Shown in pieces: positions 8,830-18,886 of a stretch of 64,000 nucleotides of DNA (positions are counted from its first letter, which is position 1; each line of letters opens with the position of its first letter). This DNA comes from Candidatus Sumerlaeaceae bacterium (lineage in GTDB: Bacteria > Sumerlaeota > Sumerlaeia > Sumerlaeales > Sumerlaeaceae). Position numbers and translations under genes: made by a program. The notes beneath the pieces were generated by a model, which was given only the letters and a program-made list of their open reading frames with translations, did not search any database and had not been told where the DNA came from. The DNA lies in contig JBPCLP010000039.1 of NCBI GenBank assembly GCA_051003195.1, positions 96,783 through 160,782 of the forward strand. The letters are read 5' to 3'.

Positions 8830-11664
8830 ATGAACAACGGGTCGGCGCTCGCGCAGAACGCTGAATATCTTGAACAGAACTACCGGGCGTGGAAGCGCGA
8901 TCCAGCCAGTGTAGGGCCGGAACTGGCACATTTTTTCGAAGGTTTCGAGTTTGCGCAGACCGACTGCGCACTGATGGGCGAAAGTTGCAGACAGCAAAGC
9001 GCCGTCGATAGCCTCGTTTATCACTTTCGCGATATTGGACATCGAATCGCGCAGATCAATCCGTTGGGAGACAATCCCGCCTCGCACCCGGAACTGGAGC
9101 TCAGCTCCTTTGGTCTGACAGAAGAGGATCTCGATCATACTTTCGATTCCAACCACATCCCGGGGTTCGACAGCACGCCGCTCCGCGCGATCATCGCGCA
9201 CCTGAAGGAAACCTACTGTGGCTACATCGGCGTCGAGTACATGCATATCCAGGAAACCGTCGAGCGCCGTTGGCTGCAGGAGCGTATGGAGGGCACCCGC
9301 AACCGGCCGAACTTCACCCACCAGGAGCACATGCGGATCCTGTGGAAATTGCAGAAGGCCGAGATGTTCGAGCAATACCTTCAGCAGACCTACCGTGGGC
9401 AGAAGCGGTTCAGCCTGGAAGGCGCGGAGACTCTGATTCCGGCACTGGATCGACTGGTGGAGTGTGCGTCGCGACAAGGAATTGTAGAAATTGTTTTCGG
9501 CATGGCGCATCGCGGACGCTTGAATGTGCTGGCCAACATCATTGAAAAAAGCTACGACGAAATCCTTGGGGAGTTTGAAGACAACTTCCAGGTCGATACC
9601 GCGCACGGGGACGGCGATGTAAAGTACCACAAGGGCTTCGCCAAGGACATGATGATCAGCGGCAGACCGATGCACCTCAGCCTGACTGCAAACCCAAGCC
9701 ATCTCGAAATGGTCGGACCTGTTGTCGAAGGTAAAGTGCGCGCGAAGCAGGCGCTGCGGGGCGACAAGGACCGCAAGACGGTTCTGCCGTTTATTATCCA
9801 CGGCGACGCCGCATTCGCCGGCCAGGGAATGGTGGCCGAGACATTCAATCTCGCGCAGCTGAAGGGCTACCGCACGGGCGGAACCATTCACTTTGTGATT
9901 AACAACCAGGTCGGCTTCACCACGACCGCAGTGGACTACCTGAGTGGCCTCTACTGCACCGACGTTGCCAAGATGATGGCACTCCCGATTTTCCACGTAA
10001 ACGGCGACCACCCCGAGCACGTGCTCCATTGCATGGACATGGCACTGGATTACCGCCAGAAGTTTGGCAAGGACGTGGTCATCGACATGTGGTGCTACCG
10101 GCGCCAGGGCCACAACGAGGGCGATGAACCCAGCTTCACACAGCCGCTGCTGTATGAGCGCATCCGCAAACACCCGGCCGTCGATGAAATTTATGCGGCA
10201 GAGTTGAGCGCGCGCGGCGAGGGCGCGAAGGAAGAGACGAGCGGACTCGTTGAGGATTTTGAACGACGCCTGGAAGAGGCACGCCGTCAGGCCGCAGAGC
10301 CACCACGCCGCCGCGACGAGGACGATATGCTCCTCGGCGGTCACTGGCACCGGCTGAAACGCGGGTACGATCACACGCTTGTTGAGACCGCCGCCAGTGT
10401 CGCGGATCTCCGACGGGTTGGCGATACTCTCGCCGACATACCGGACGGACTTAATGTCCATCGCGTGCCACGGCAGCAGATGGAGAACATTCGCAAATCC
10501 GTCTACGGTGATGGCGCTCTGCGATGGGCTGAGGCGGAACTGCTGGCTTTTGGCACGTTGCTCATCGAGGGAACCGGGATCCGACTTTCAGGTGAGGACA
10601 GCGGACGCGGTACATTCAGCCAGCGCCACGCTATCATGTACGATCAGAAGACCGGCGAGAAGTTTATCCCGCTCACCAAACTTGCCGGCCCGCAATCACC
10701 CTTCTGCTGCTACGACAGCAGCCTGGCCGAACTGAGCGTGCTCGCGTTCGATTACGGCTACTCCCTCGGCGATCCCAGCAAGCTGATCATGTGGGAGGCG
10801 CAGTTCGGCGACTTCGCCAACGGCGCCCAGGTAATTATCGACCAGTTTATTGCGGCCGGAGAAAGCAAATGGGGCCGAATGAGCGGCATCGTGCTGCTGC
10901 TTCCCCACGGCTATGAGGGGCAGGGACCCGAGCATAGCAATGGTTGGTTACGTCGGTATCTCACTCTCTGCGCAGAACAGAACATGCAGGTAGTCAACGC
11001 GACAACACCCGCGCAGTATTTTCACCTGCTGCGGCGGCAGGTGAAGCGAAGCTTTCGCAAGCCGCTCGTGGTGATGACACCCAAAAGCCTGCTGCGCCGC
11101 CCCGGCGTCACCAGCACCGTGGATGAGCTCTCACAAGGTACGTTCAGCGAACTGCTGGATGACCCGCGCGGCATCGAGAATCCACGCCGCGTTCTTTTCT
11201 GCAGCGGCAAAGTCTATTATGACCTCATGGATAAACTGACGGCCGACAACAATGGCGACGATATCGCCATTGTTCGGGTCGAGCAGCTTTACCCCTTCCA
11301 GCTGGACATGTGGGGCGACATCGCGGATAAGTACGAGAACGCGAAAGAATGGGTATGGGTGAGTGAAGAGCCCAGCAATTTCGGCGCATGGCAGTTCATG
11401 CGCCAGCACCTGGAAACGCTCTATGATAACGACATCTGGTACGTTGGGCGCGCTCGCTCCGCCAGCCCTGCCACGGGTTCGAAAAAGTTCCACGACCGCC
11501 AGCAGGAGCTGCTGGTGAGCTACGCCCTGCAGCATGGCCCGCTTTCCGCAGAATTGGTTGACGGCGTTTCCGTGTTCGCCCGAGGTGACGATTTATGGCA
11601 CATGAAATCAAGGTCCCGCCGGTCGGTGAGTCGGTCAGCGAAGGCACCATCGCACAGTGGCTGA
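8830..11664 (+). CDS. sucA: 2-oxoglutarate dehydrogenase E1
   Basis: GQKRFSLEG, GMAHRGRLN, GDVKYH, NPSHLE, HGDAAFAGQG, WEAQFGDFANGAQ, PHGYEGQGPEHS. Confidence 0.97.
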   Translation: MNNGSALAQNAEYLEQNYRAWKRDPASVGPELAHFFEGFEFAQTDCALMGESCRQQSAVDSLVYHFRDIGHRIAQINPLGDNPASHPELELSSFGLTEEDLDHTFDSNHIPGFDSTPLRAIIAHLKETYCGYIGVEYMHIQETVERRWLQERMEGTRNRPNFTHQEHMRILWKLQKAEMFEQYLQQTYRGQKRFSLEGAETLIPALDRLVECASRQGIVEIVFGMAHRGRLNVLANIIEKSYDEILGEFEDNFQVDTAHGDGDVKYHKGFAKDMMISGRPMHLSLTANPSHLEMVGPVVEGKVRAKQALRGDKDRKTVLPFIIHGDAAFAGQGMVAETFNLAQLKGYRTGGTIHFVINNQVGFTTTAVDYLSGLYCTDVAKMMALPIFHVNGDHPEHVLHCMDMALDYRQKFGKDVVIDMWCYRRQGHNEGDEPSFTQPLLYERIRKHPAVDEIYAAELSARGEGAKEETSGLVEDFERRLEEARRQAAEPPRRRDEDDMLLGGHWHRLKRGYDHTLVETAASVADLRRVGDTLADIPDGLNVHRVPRQQMENIRKSVYGDGALRWAEAELLAFGTLLIEGTGIRLSGEDSGRGTFSQRHAIMYDQKTGEKFIPLTKLAGPQSPFCCYDSSLAELSVLAFDYGYSLGDPSKLIMWEAQFGDFANGAQVIIDQFIAAGESKWGRMSGIVLLLPHGYEGQGPEHSNGWLRRYLTLCAEQNMQVVNATTPAQYFHLLRRQVKRSFRKPLVVMTPKSLLRRPGVTSTVDELSQGTFSELLDDPRGIENPRRVLFCSGKVYYDLMDKLTADNNGDDIAIVRVEQLYPFQLDMWGDIADKYENAKEWVWVSEEPSNFGAWQFMRQHLETLYDNDIWYVGRARSASPATGSKKFHDRQQELLVSYALQHGPLSAELVDGVSVFARGDDLWHMKSRSRRSVSRSAKAPSHSG

Positions 11665-12962
11665 AGGCTGACGGCGATTCCGTCACCAAAGGTGAAAACC
11701 TCGTCGTACTCGATACCGAGAAAGCTTCCCAGGACCTGCAGGCGGAGTTCAGCGGCAGGCTGAAGATTCTTGTTCCCGCCGGCAAGGATGTGAAAATCGG
11801 CGAAGTGATCGGGTCGATCGACGAAGACGGCGCGGACGCAGGCGCATCAAGTTCCAAAACAGTTGCCGAAAAGTCAGTGGGCCAAACGAGCGCGGCAGCG
11901 ACTCCGGCTGCAAAGAGCGCTACCGAGGGCGTTTTCCCTCAAGGCAGTCCCAACGCCGCTCAGCAGCCGCTCCATGTTGCCGCGCCGCAGCCCCAAAGCG
12001 GCACCATGCAACCGAAAGACCAGGTTCCCACGGCAGAAGCAAAAGCGGCGGCAGCAGAGGGACGTCCCCCTGTCGCTCCCGAGCAGGGCGAAAAAGTAGC
12101 ATCGCCGGGGGCAGCAGCTGAAGCGAAGGCAACCATGAACCGCACCGCGCCGTGGTCCTTTCCCTCGCAGTTAATCACTCCACCGAAGCAGGACTCAACG
12201 CCCGAAGGTGGCGCACAGCCGAAAATTGCCACAGACGCGCAGCCGGCGCAGGCCGAGGGCACACAGCCCGAGACGCGCGAGCCCATGAGCCGGATGCGCC
12301 GCACCATTGCGACGCATCTGCTTAAAGCCTCGCAGGAAACGGCCATGCTGACAACCTTCAGCGAAGTCGACATGTCTGCCGTGATGGCATTGCGCTCGAA
12401 GCATCAGGATGCCTTTGTTAAGAAGCACGGCATCAAGCTTGGCTTCATGAGCTTTTTTATGAAGGCGTGTACCGATGCGCTGCAGAAATTCCCGCTCGTC
12501 AACGCAAGCATCGACGGCAACGACGTGATCTATCACCACTACGTGAACATCGCCGTGGCGGTAAGCACCGAACGCGGTCTCGCGGTTCCGGTCATTCGCG
12601 ACGCACACGACAAGAGTTTCGCAGACCTGGAAAAAGAACTCGCGTCGGTCGCAGAGCGTGCGCGCAGCGGTCGTATATCGCTCGACGAGTTAAAAGGCGG
12701 CACATTCACCATAACTAACGGCGGCGTTTTCGGCAGCATGATGAGCACGCCGCTTATTAATCCGCCGCAGGTTGCTATTCTTGGCATGCACACGATACAG
12801 GAACGCGCGGTGGTTCTCGACAAAAAAGTCGAAGTGCGACCGATGATGTACCTCGCGCTAAGCTACGATCACCGCCTCATCGATGGCAAGGAAGCCGTAC
12901 AATTCCTCATTCATGTGCGCGACCACGTGGCCGCGCCCGAGCGGCTGCTGCTGGGACTGTGA
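11595..12962 (+). CDS. sucB: Dihydrolipoyllysine succinyltransferase (E2)
   Basis: Lipoyl domain (GESVSEGT, DTEKA), AMLTTFSEVDM, KLGFMSFF, TNGGVFGS, LSYDHRLIDG; follows sucA. Confidence 0.96.
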   Translation: MAHEIKVPPVGESVSEGTIAQWLKADGDSVTKGENLVVLDTEKASQDLQAEFSGRLKILVPAGKDVKIGEVIGSIDEDGADAGASSSKTVAEKSVGQTSAAATPAAKSATEGVFPQGSPNAAQQPLHVAAPQPQSGTMQPKDQVPTAEAKAAAAEGRPPVAPEQGEKVASPGAAAEAKATMNRTAPWSFPSQLITPPKQDSTPEGGAQPKIATDAQPAQAEGTQPETREPMSRMRRTIATHLLKASQETAMLTTFSEVDMSAVMALRSKHQDAFVKKHGIKLGFMSFFMKACTDALQKFPLVNASIDGNDVIYHHYVNIAVAVSTERGLAVPVIRDAHDKSFADLEKELASVAERARSGRISLDELKGGTFTITNGGVFGSMMSTPLINPPQVAILGMHTIQERAVVLDKKVEVRPMMYLALSYDHRLIDGKEAVQFLIHVRDHVAAPERLLLGL

Positions 12963-13105
12963 TGTCGAGTAATCGCGGGCTGAGCATCTGGCTGGCCGTT
13001 CTGGGCTTCGTGGTCGGTCTTTTGGGCCTGGTGTTCAGCCGGCCGAATGAACTGGAGGCTGCCCAAATAGAAACCGACGACCCGTCCCTCGCTGAGGGTG
13101 CATAG
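12962..13105 (+). CDS. Putative 47-aa single-pass membrane protein
   Basis: TGATG overlap with sucB stop; MSSNRGLSIWLAVLGFVVGLLGLVFSRPNELEAAQIETDDPSLAEGA; below ORF-track size cutoff. Confidence 0.55.
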   Translation: MSSNRGLSIWLAVLGFVVGLLGLVFSRPNELEAAQIETDDPSLAEGA

Positions 13106-13132
13106 GCCGACAAAGAGGATGTACTGGAAGAT

Positions 13133-13351
13133 ATGGCAAGCCTTGTGGATACGTGGCCGAGGATCGAGAAATCGACAGTCTCTTTCGCAAAGCTCGGCGA
13201 GACGTCTGACGAGCCGGCGTATTGGGCTGCGAAGACTCCGCAAGAGCGACTTGCAGCACTTGAATTAATGCGACAGGTTGTGTACGGCTATGATCCAGCT
13301 ACCGCCCGACTTCAGAGAGTTTTTGAGGCTGTTACAACAGCATGGCGTTGA
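13133..13351 (+). CDS. Small hypothetical protein, putative partner of downstream nucleotidyltransferase
   Basis: 72 aa, YW..KTPQERLAALELMRQ..YGYDPATARLQRVF; overlaps next gene. Confidence 0.7.
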   Translation: MASLVDTWPRIEKSTVSFAKLGETSDEPAYWAAKTPQERLAALELMRQVVYGYDPATARLQRVFEAVTTAWR

Positions 13352-13736
13352 GTATCTGCTGGTCGGTGGCTATGCTGTCGCCTATTATGGTTATCCGCGG
13401 GCCACGATCGATTTAGACATTTGGATTCCGCCGCGAATTGACAATGCGGCAAAAGTAATCAACACGTTGGAGGAGTTTGGCTTTAGCGATCCAGGCGTAA
13501 CGCCAGAATTTCTGTGCCGCGAAAATCAAATGCTTCGAATGGGCGTACCACCGCTACGGCTTGAGCTCATGAACTCTGTCTCTGGGTTGCGCTTTGAAGA
13601 CAGCTATCGCCGTCGTGTCCTGGCTGAAATCGACGGCGTACTAATCTGTCTTGTAAAGCTTGAGGATCTTATCGTGAACAAGCGCGCGAGTAATCGACCC
13701 AAGGACCAGAATGATCTGCTCAACTTACCAAGCTAG
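13290..13736 (+). CDS. Pol-beta-superfamily nucleotidyltransferase (DUF6036-like)
   Basis: YLLVGGYAV..YGYPRATIDLDIW (GG...DxD motif) and C-terminal LIVNKRASNRPKDQNDL. Confidence 0.85.
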   Translation: MIQLPPDFREFLRLLQQHGVEYLLVGGYAVAYYGYPRATIDLDIWIPPRIDNAAKVINTLEEFGFSDPGVTPEFLCRENQMLRMGVPPLRLELMNSVSGLRFEDSYRRRVLAEIDGVLICLVKLEDLIVNKRASNRPKDQNDLLNLPS

Positions 13737-13739
13737 CAC

Positions 13740-14078
13740 CTAAGGCCACTCGTCTATACCACGATGCAGATGACCTTGCCGCTTGCGACCTTGCAGGTTT
13801 TGCTCCAGCCACACGATTGTCGAATCCTCGAGTACTTCCACGAGCTCGTGCTCCTGTCCCGGCATCGTGAGCAATACCTCGTTCGGACCTAATTCGAATT
13901 CTGCGCCATCCAGTTTGCCCCTGATCCGCCCCTCTACCATCATCCACAGCTCTTCGCCATCATGGAAGTGTGCTTCCACCGGATTGTTTGTTCGCGCTTT
14001 GTACCGCGCGACTCCGTAGCCAGCGATCTTCGCCGCTTCAGGAAAATTCCTCAGTTTGTCACCACGAATGATCGGCAT
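13740..14078 (-). CDS. Cupin domain protein
   Basis: HFHDGEELW...G motif 1 and PGQEHEL motif 2. Confidence 0.85.
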   Translation of the reverse strand: MPIIRGDKLRNFPEAAKIAGYGVARYKARTNNPVEAHFHDGEELWMMVEGRIRGKLDGAEFELGPNEVLLTMPGQEHELVEVLEDSTIVWLEQNLQGRKRQGHLHRGIDEWP

Positions 14079-14091
14079 CGCTGAACTGGGA

Positions 14092-16815
14092 CTAGAACCG
14101 GTGGCCGCTTACCTTGGCACTGATGCAGATGAGCAGGCCAAAGGCCGCGATTCCCAACGAGGCCATATAGTACCGGACGCTCGTCAGCATTTCCATGCGT
14201 CCCGCAACCAGCGGCAGAATATATCCACCCGCGAGAACCAGCACCGCGCCCGTAAAGATGAGAGTAGTTGCGATGCGCCGCCAGGAGAACCCGGACATAA
14301 ACAAAGCGAGTCCAGCAGCCGCTCCATACCACGTAAAAATCGCGGCGCGGATTGGCTGCGGAATCGGAAGACGTGCAATTTGCGTATTAACCTGGCCCAG
14401 GCCCGGCACCCGTGCCTGCAGAAACCACGCGATAAAAATGACAACCACTGCGCCTCCGAGTGCCAGCCGTACAAACTGGAGCGTGAGGTCCCAGATGTGC
14501 TTTTCAATTTTGCGCGCACGAATCGGGCTGGCAATAGAGGCGTCGATCTTGCCGGCCACTTTGATATCTGCATGAGCCTTCGCGGCCAGCCGCTTTGCCT
14601 TCTCGTTCGCTTCCGCTTCACTTATACCCTGCGACTTCAGGCGGCGCGCTTCGACTTTGACCAACTGCCGCTTCTCGCGTATAGCCTTCCGGTCTTCTTC
14701 GATGGTATGCAGCCACCGCGCAATTGGATCGCGCCACGTGGCAAACCGATTCCGAGCTGTCAGGTGATCCGTCGTCGCCCATTTGCCGCGCGCGAGCACC
14801 ATACTTTCATACCCAAAGAGGTCCTCGAACATCTCCTCCCAATGGGCCCCGCTGAACCGACAGACGAAGTTCTGCAGCGCTTCCTCTGAAAGCCCGCGCA
14901 GGCGCAACTGCTTCAACATTGCGCGTGTTTCTTCCAGCGGATTTGCACGCTGGTTTACCAACGCGCGAACAACGGATGTCTGGTAAGCAGCCACCAGCCC
15001 GGTGCTTAACACCGCCGCAAGTATCCAGTACGGCAATAAACCCAACGCGTAGATCACACCAAGCGCCACCAGAGTTCCGACCACCGTCTTCAACCATCCG
15101 ACCGCTGTCATTCCGAAGAAAACGCTGCGAACGCGTCGAAACAGATACGACTTTGTAAGGACGCCACCAACGATAAAGTTGATGGCCGGCGACAGGATCA
15201 GCAGGCCAAGCGCAGTCCCGGCGGCATAAGGCATTCGCAATAGAGCAGCGGCAACAAGGATGCATGTAACAACCCCGAAAAACCCTGTGACGCACGCCTT
15301 CTGCAATCGCGCGCTTGCCGCGCCGTAATACTCTTCCTGCATTTTCTCGAGCAGCTGCAAGTGCTGCTCACGCGGGGCAAAAGGCCCTTTCTCCGCCCCA
15401 ACGCCGAGAAGTGCCTCTATGTCTTCAATCGTATCGCCCAGGTTGTTATAGCGCTCTTCGGGCGATTTCGCCACCATACGCTCGAGAATGGTGCTTAGCC
15501 CGCCCGGCACCTTACGCACAGCTTCATCCAGCCGCGGCAGGGGAGCGTCCATGTGCTTACTGATAATCTCCATTGCCGAACTGCCGCTGTAGGGCGGCTT
15601 GCCCGCGAGCAGGTAGTACAACGTACAACCAAGGCTGTACTGGTCCGCCCTGGAATCGACGTTCGTGGCGTCGCGCGCCTGCTCGGGGGCCATATAAGCC
15701 GGCGTGCCCATCGCTACATCCTGCAGCGTCAGGTCGCCACGCGCCTCTGCCAATCTCGGGTCCAGCTTTGTGCCCGGCGCGCGCTGCTCCGTTTCGCCAC
15801 GCATTTTTGCGAGACCCATGTCCGCAACCTTTACGATGCCGTGCTCGTTGACCATGAGGTTATCGGGCTTTACGTCGCGATGAACGATTCCGCGTTCGTG
15901 CGCATACTTGAGTCCCCGCGCCGCTTGAAGCACGTAGCTGGCGGCATCGTCCGGTTGCAGTGGACCATCGCGCCGGACCATGTCGGCAAGGCTTTGCCCG
16001 CGTACAAACTCCATGCTGATATAATGGATATCCTTGTCGCTGCCGACATCGTACACCTGGATGACATTGTGGTGGGTGAGCTGCGCCGCGCTGAGTGCCT
16101 CACGCGTGAATCGCACAAGAAAGTCTGGGTTTGATGCGAATCGTCCCGGTAGAATTTTCAGCGCCACATCGCGATCCAGCGAGATTTGGCGAGCCAGGCA
16201 CACGGCGCCCATTCCGCCGGCGCCGAGCATCGACTTCACTTCATAGCCAGCGATAACCTCACCGGAAAGATCCACATCTTTCGGGCTCGCGTTATCGAAG
16301 GACTTCGTCTTCGATTTTGTCTTCGCCGTCGCCTTCTCAACTTCTTCTTCCGGCAGGGAAACCGTTTTGCCGTAGTCCTCGAAATCCGTAACTGTAGGAG
16401 TGTCGCCCTCGACCGGCGCTGTTTCAAAAAGGAAGTCTGTGGGCGTCGAAGTGGCGGAATGATGAAACCGGTCGCTCAGGCGACGGGGGGCCGTGCCCCC
16501 AGCCTGGGTACGTGTTGGGGTGCCGCCCGAAGGGGTGTCGATCATCGTAGGCAGCTCATGAAGATCCATGCCTTCCGGCGGTGTCTTTAACGCTGCCGGC
16601 GGGCCCGAGACCGACCATATAGGATTCGTCTCGGCCGCTGAAAAAACCATCTGCTCTTCCGCTGGCTTTGTGACAGCCCCGGCCGCGGCGCTCTTTCCGC
16701 CGCTGGCGAGTACCATGGGCACTACGGCATAGCATTCCGGGCATTGTACCATTGCGGCACTGCCGCTAAGGTCCTCATCCCAATTGTGGTGGCACTTGTT
16801 GCACTTCAGCTGCAT
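14092..16815 (-). CDS. Membrane Hanks-type Ser/Thr protein kinase with N-terminal zinc ribbon
   Basis: LGAGGMGAV, VALK, HRDVKPDN, DMG, GTPAYMAPEQ, DQYSLG; CNKC...CPEC N-terminus; C-terminal TM segments. Start moved to ATG 16815 because the longer ORF overlaps the upstream gene. Confidence 0.93.
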   Translation of the reverse strand: MQLKCNKCHHNWDEDLSGSAAMVQCPECYAVVPMVLASGGKSAAAGAVTKPAEEQMVFSAAETNPIWSVSGPPAALKTPPEGMDLHELPTMIDTPSGGTPTRTQAGGTAPRRLSDRFHHSATSTPTDFLFETAPVEGDTPTVTDFEDYGKTVSLPEEEVEKATAKTKSKTKSFDNASPKDVDLSGEVIAGYEVKSMLGAGGMGAVCLARQISLDRDVALKILPGRFASNPDFLVRFTREALSAAQLTHHNVIQVYDVGSDKDIHYISMEFVRGQSLADMVRRDGPLQPDDAASYVLQAARGLKYAHERGIVHRDVKPDNLMVNEHGIVKVADMGLAKMRGETEQRAPGTKLDPRLAEARGDLTLQDVAMGTPAYMAPEQARDATNVDSRADQYSLGCTLYYLLAGKPPYSGSSAMEIISKHMDAPLPRLDEAVRKVPGGLSTILERMVAKSPEERYNNLGDTIEDIEALLGVGAEKGPFAPREQHLQLLEKMQEEYYGAASARLQKACVTGFFGVVTCILVAAALLRMPYAAGTALGLLILSPAINFIVGGVLTKSYLFRRVRSVFFGMTAVGWLKTVVGTLVALGVIYALGLLPYWILAAVLSTGLVAAYQTSVVRALVNQRANPLEETRAMLKQLRLRGLSEEALQNFVCRFSGAHWEEMFEDLFGYESMVLARGKWATTDHLTARNRFATWRDPIARWLHTIEEDRKAIREKRQLVKVEARRLKSQGISEAEANEKAKRLAAKAHADIKVAGKIDASIASPIRARKIEKHIWDLTLQFVRLALGGAVVVIFIAWFLQARVPGLGQVNTQIARLPIPQPIRAAIFTWYGAAAGLALFMSGFSWRRIATTLIFTGAVLVLAGGYILPLVAGRMEMLTSVRYYMASLGIAAFGLLICISAKVSGHRF

Positions 16816-16999
16816 AAGTTGCTCTTCACGTCCGCGCAGTTGGTGGTTAACTACGCAGTGTGGAACACACGCTTTGCGACTGTCAATCACATCTGTTATC
16901 AGATTACATCCGCGCAGCCAGACACCAGGCATGCGTACACAACGCTGTACCGGACCGTCACATTCCTGCGCGCTAATGTACTCAGCGCGCCTTGCCCTG

Positions 17000-17848
17000 C
17001 TACTCCTCCAACTCCTCCGGCACTCCACTGGGAAACGCCTTCTTGATTTCTTCCTGGATGTTTTCGAGGCGATTCCCCGGGTCGGGGTGTGTGCTGAAAA
17101 ACTCTGGCGGGCGAGGACCCTTGGCAGCTCCCCGCAGGATTTCCATCACCTTGAGCATACTTCGGGGATCGTAGCCGGCCTGGCTCATAAGGCGCACCCC
17201 AAAATAGTCCGATTCGATTTCATCGCCGCGTCCGTACTTCAGGTTCACCAGTTGACCGATCATCGTCGCAATGTACGCGTTTTGCGCGCTGCGGGGATTC
17301 CTCGGATCATAGCTGGCAAGCACCGCCGCACCAGTCAGCCCTTGTGTCAGCTTTCGTTGTTCCAGCTGTTCGGCGCCGTGACGGCCAATCACGTGACCCA
17401 CCTCGTGTGCCAGGACCCCCGCAATCTGCCCAGGCGTCGTCAGTCGCCTAAAGAGCGCCTCCGTCATGAAAACCTGCCCGCCCGGAAGAGCGAATGCGTT
17501 GATGGTATCCGGGTCGGCCAGCAGATGAAACTCGTACTGGTAAGGGCCCTTTTTTGCATCGCTGTTCTGCACGATGCGCTGGCCCACCTGTTCCACAGCG
17601 GCACGTCCGCGCGCATCAGAACTTTCGCCCCCATACTGTCGCACAAGGTTCGGAGCGGCCTGTAAGCCAAGCGCCATTTCCTGCTGCGCCGATACACCAA
17701 TGTGCTGCTTCTTGCCGGTCACCGGGTTTACGGAACTCTTCATGAAGTAGGAGACGATGGAAAAGAGGGCGATCGCCAATGCGATCATCATCCGTCCGTT
17801 CAGCAGTCGCGGTCGGTAGCCGTACTCACTTCGGCCAAAGGTGGACAT
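17000..17848 (-). CDS. M48 family zinc metalloprotease
   Basis: NAFALPGG, HEVGH, EIESD, STHP. Confidence 0.93.
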   Translation of the reverse strand: MSTFGRSEYGYRPRLLNGRMMIALAIALFSIVSYFMKSSVNPVTGKKQHIGVSAQQEMALGLQAAPNLVRQYGGESSDARGRAAVEQVGQRIVQNSDAKKGPYQYEFHLLADPDTINAFALPGGQVFMTEALFRRLTTPGQIAGVLAHEVGHVIGRHGAEQLEQRKLTQGLTGAAVLASYDPRNPRSAQNAYIATMIGQLVNLKYGRGDEIESDYFGVRLMSQAGYDPRSMLKVMEILRGAAKGPRPPEFFSTHPDPGNRLENIQEEIKKAFPSGVPEELEE

Positions 17849-17905
17849 CTGTTCAGGTCCTCCGATTTTCGGTAAGCTGGTCTGTCAGCAAGGTATGTGC
17901 CTTCA

Positions 17906-18886
17906 CTACTGAGGAAACGTTAGCTTGTAAACAGCGCCACTTTTAACATGAGCCATGCCACCACCCGTTACGTATAGAACTCGGCCATCTCCAACACCTC
18001 CCGGCCCGGGATTCTCGAATTCGCAATTGGTACACATGCGATCGTAGACCTTAACATACCGAACCGTTTTACCCTCGCTGGAGATCACGTGAACCCTACC
18101 GTCGCCTGCCTGGCACACGTATAGGGTCCCGGCCCGGTCGATGCTCATGCCATCAGGTTGTGATTTGCTGTCCAGCTTCATCCATTGGATTTGATCCGTC
18201 AATTTACCGTCTGCCTGGATTCTGAACCTCTGAATGTCATCGCCGCCGGATCGGGCTACATACAGCCATTTCTGGTCGGGGCTCACCACAAGTCCGTTTG
18301 GCATTTGGTCCAATTCGATGGCCAGTGTTGTAGTACCGTCGTCGGGATTCACGAGGTACACACCCTGCACGTCCCCGGGTTTGCTGCCCCACTTAGGGTC
18401 TGTGAAAAACACGTGCCCGGCACTGTCCATGGCCACATCGTTTACATTACAAAATGGGCGGCCATTGTGATCCCTGGAAACCACCCGCATCCCTTTGGTC
18501 GCCGCGTCGATTTCCAGGAACGCCAGCTCGCCGTGTCCGCAGGCGTAGATCTTTTTGCGATCGTTGCTCAGGATCATCCCGTTCGTCTTTCGCGGCGCAT
18601 CGAAGTTGATCCAGGGCTCCGCGCCACCTTCAGGCCTGATCTTTACGATCATGTTGGCGTGCACGTCCGAAAAAATCAGGTAGCCGTCCGGGTGCCACAC
18701 CGGACCCTCCGGGAACACAAATCCGTCTGCCAGTTTTTCAACGCGCACGCCATCCTGCAGTTGCTCTGGGGTGGCCATGGCCACTGTTCCAGTGGTCGCT
18801 CCGTGTAGCGCTGCTGCAAAAACGCTTAACGCTATCACCAGCATTCCAGTACAGGCGCTCTTCATCCCAGCCATCCTCTTTTTCAA
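17906..18886 (-). CDS. SMP-30/gluconolactonase family protein
   Basis: PEGPVW, FSD, NDV...G.VFFTDP, PNGLVVSPDQ, PDGMSID, TNCEF; signal peptide. Confidence 0.92.
   Translation of the reverse strand: MKKRMAGMKSACTGMLVIALSVFAAALHGATTGTVAMATPEQLQDGVRVEKLADGFVFPEGPVWHPDGYLIFSDVHANMIVKIRPEGGAEPWINFDAPRKTNGMILSNDRKKIYACGHGELAFLEIDAATKGMRVVSRDHNGRPFCNVNDVAMDSAGHVFFTDPKWGSKPGDVQGVYLVNPDDGTTTLAIELDQMPNGLVVSPDQKWLYVARSGGDDIQRFRIQADGKLTDQIQWMKLDSKSQPDGMSIDRAGTLYVCQAGDGRVHVISSEGKTVRYVKVYDRMCTNCEFENPGPGGVGDGRVLYVTGGGMAHVKSGAVYKLTFPQ

Noticed and set aside
8806..10461. 551-aa antisense ORF over sucA (similarly 41665-43347 over gyrA, 51295-52491 over pta and others)
   Set aside because: Shadow frames of well-conserved genes in GC-rich DNA; no motifs.
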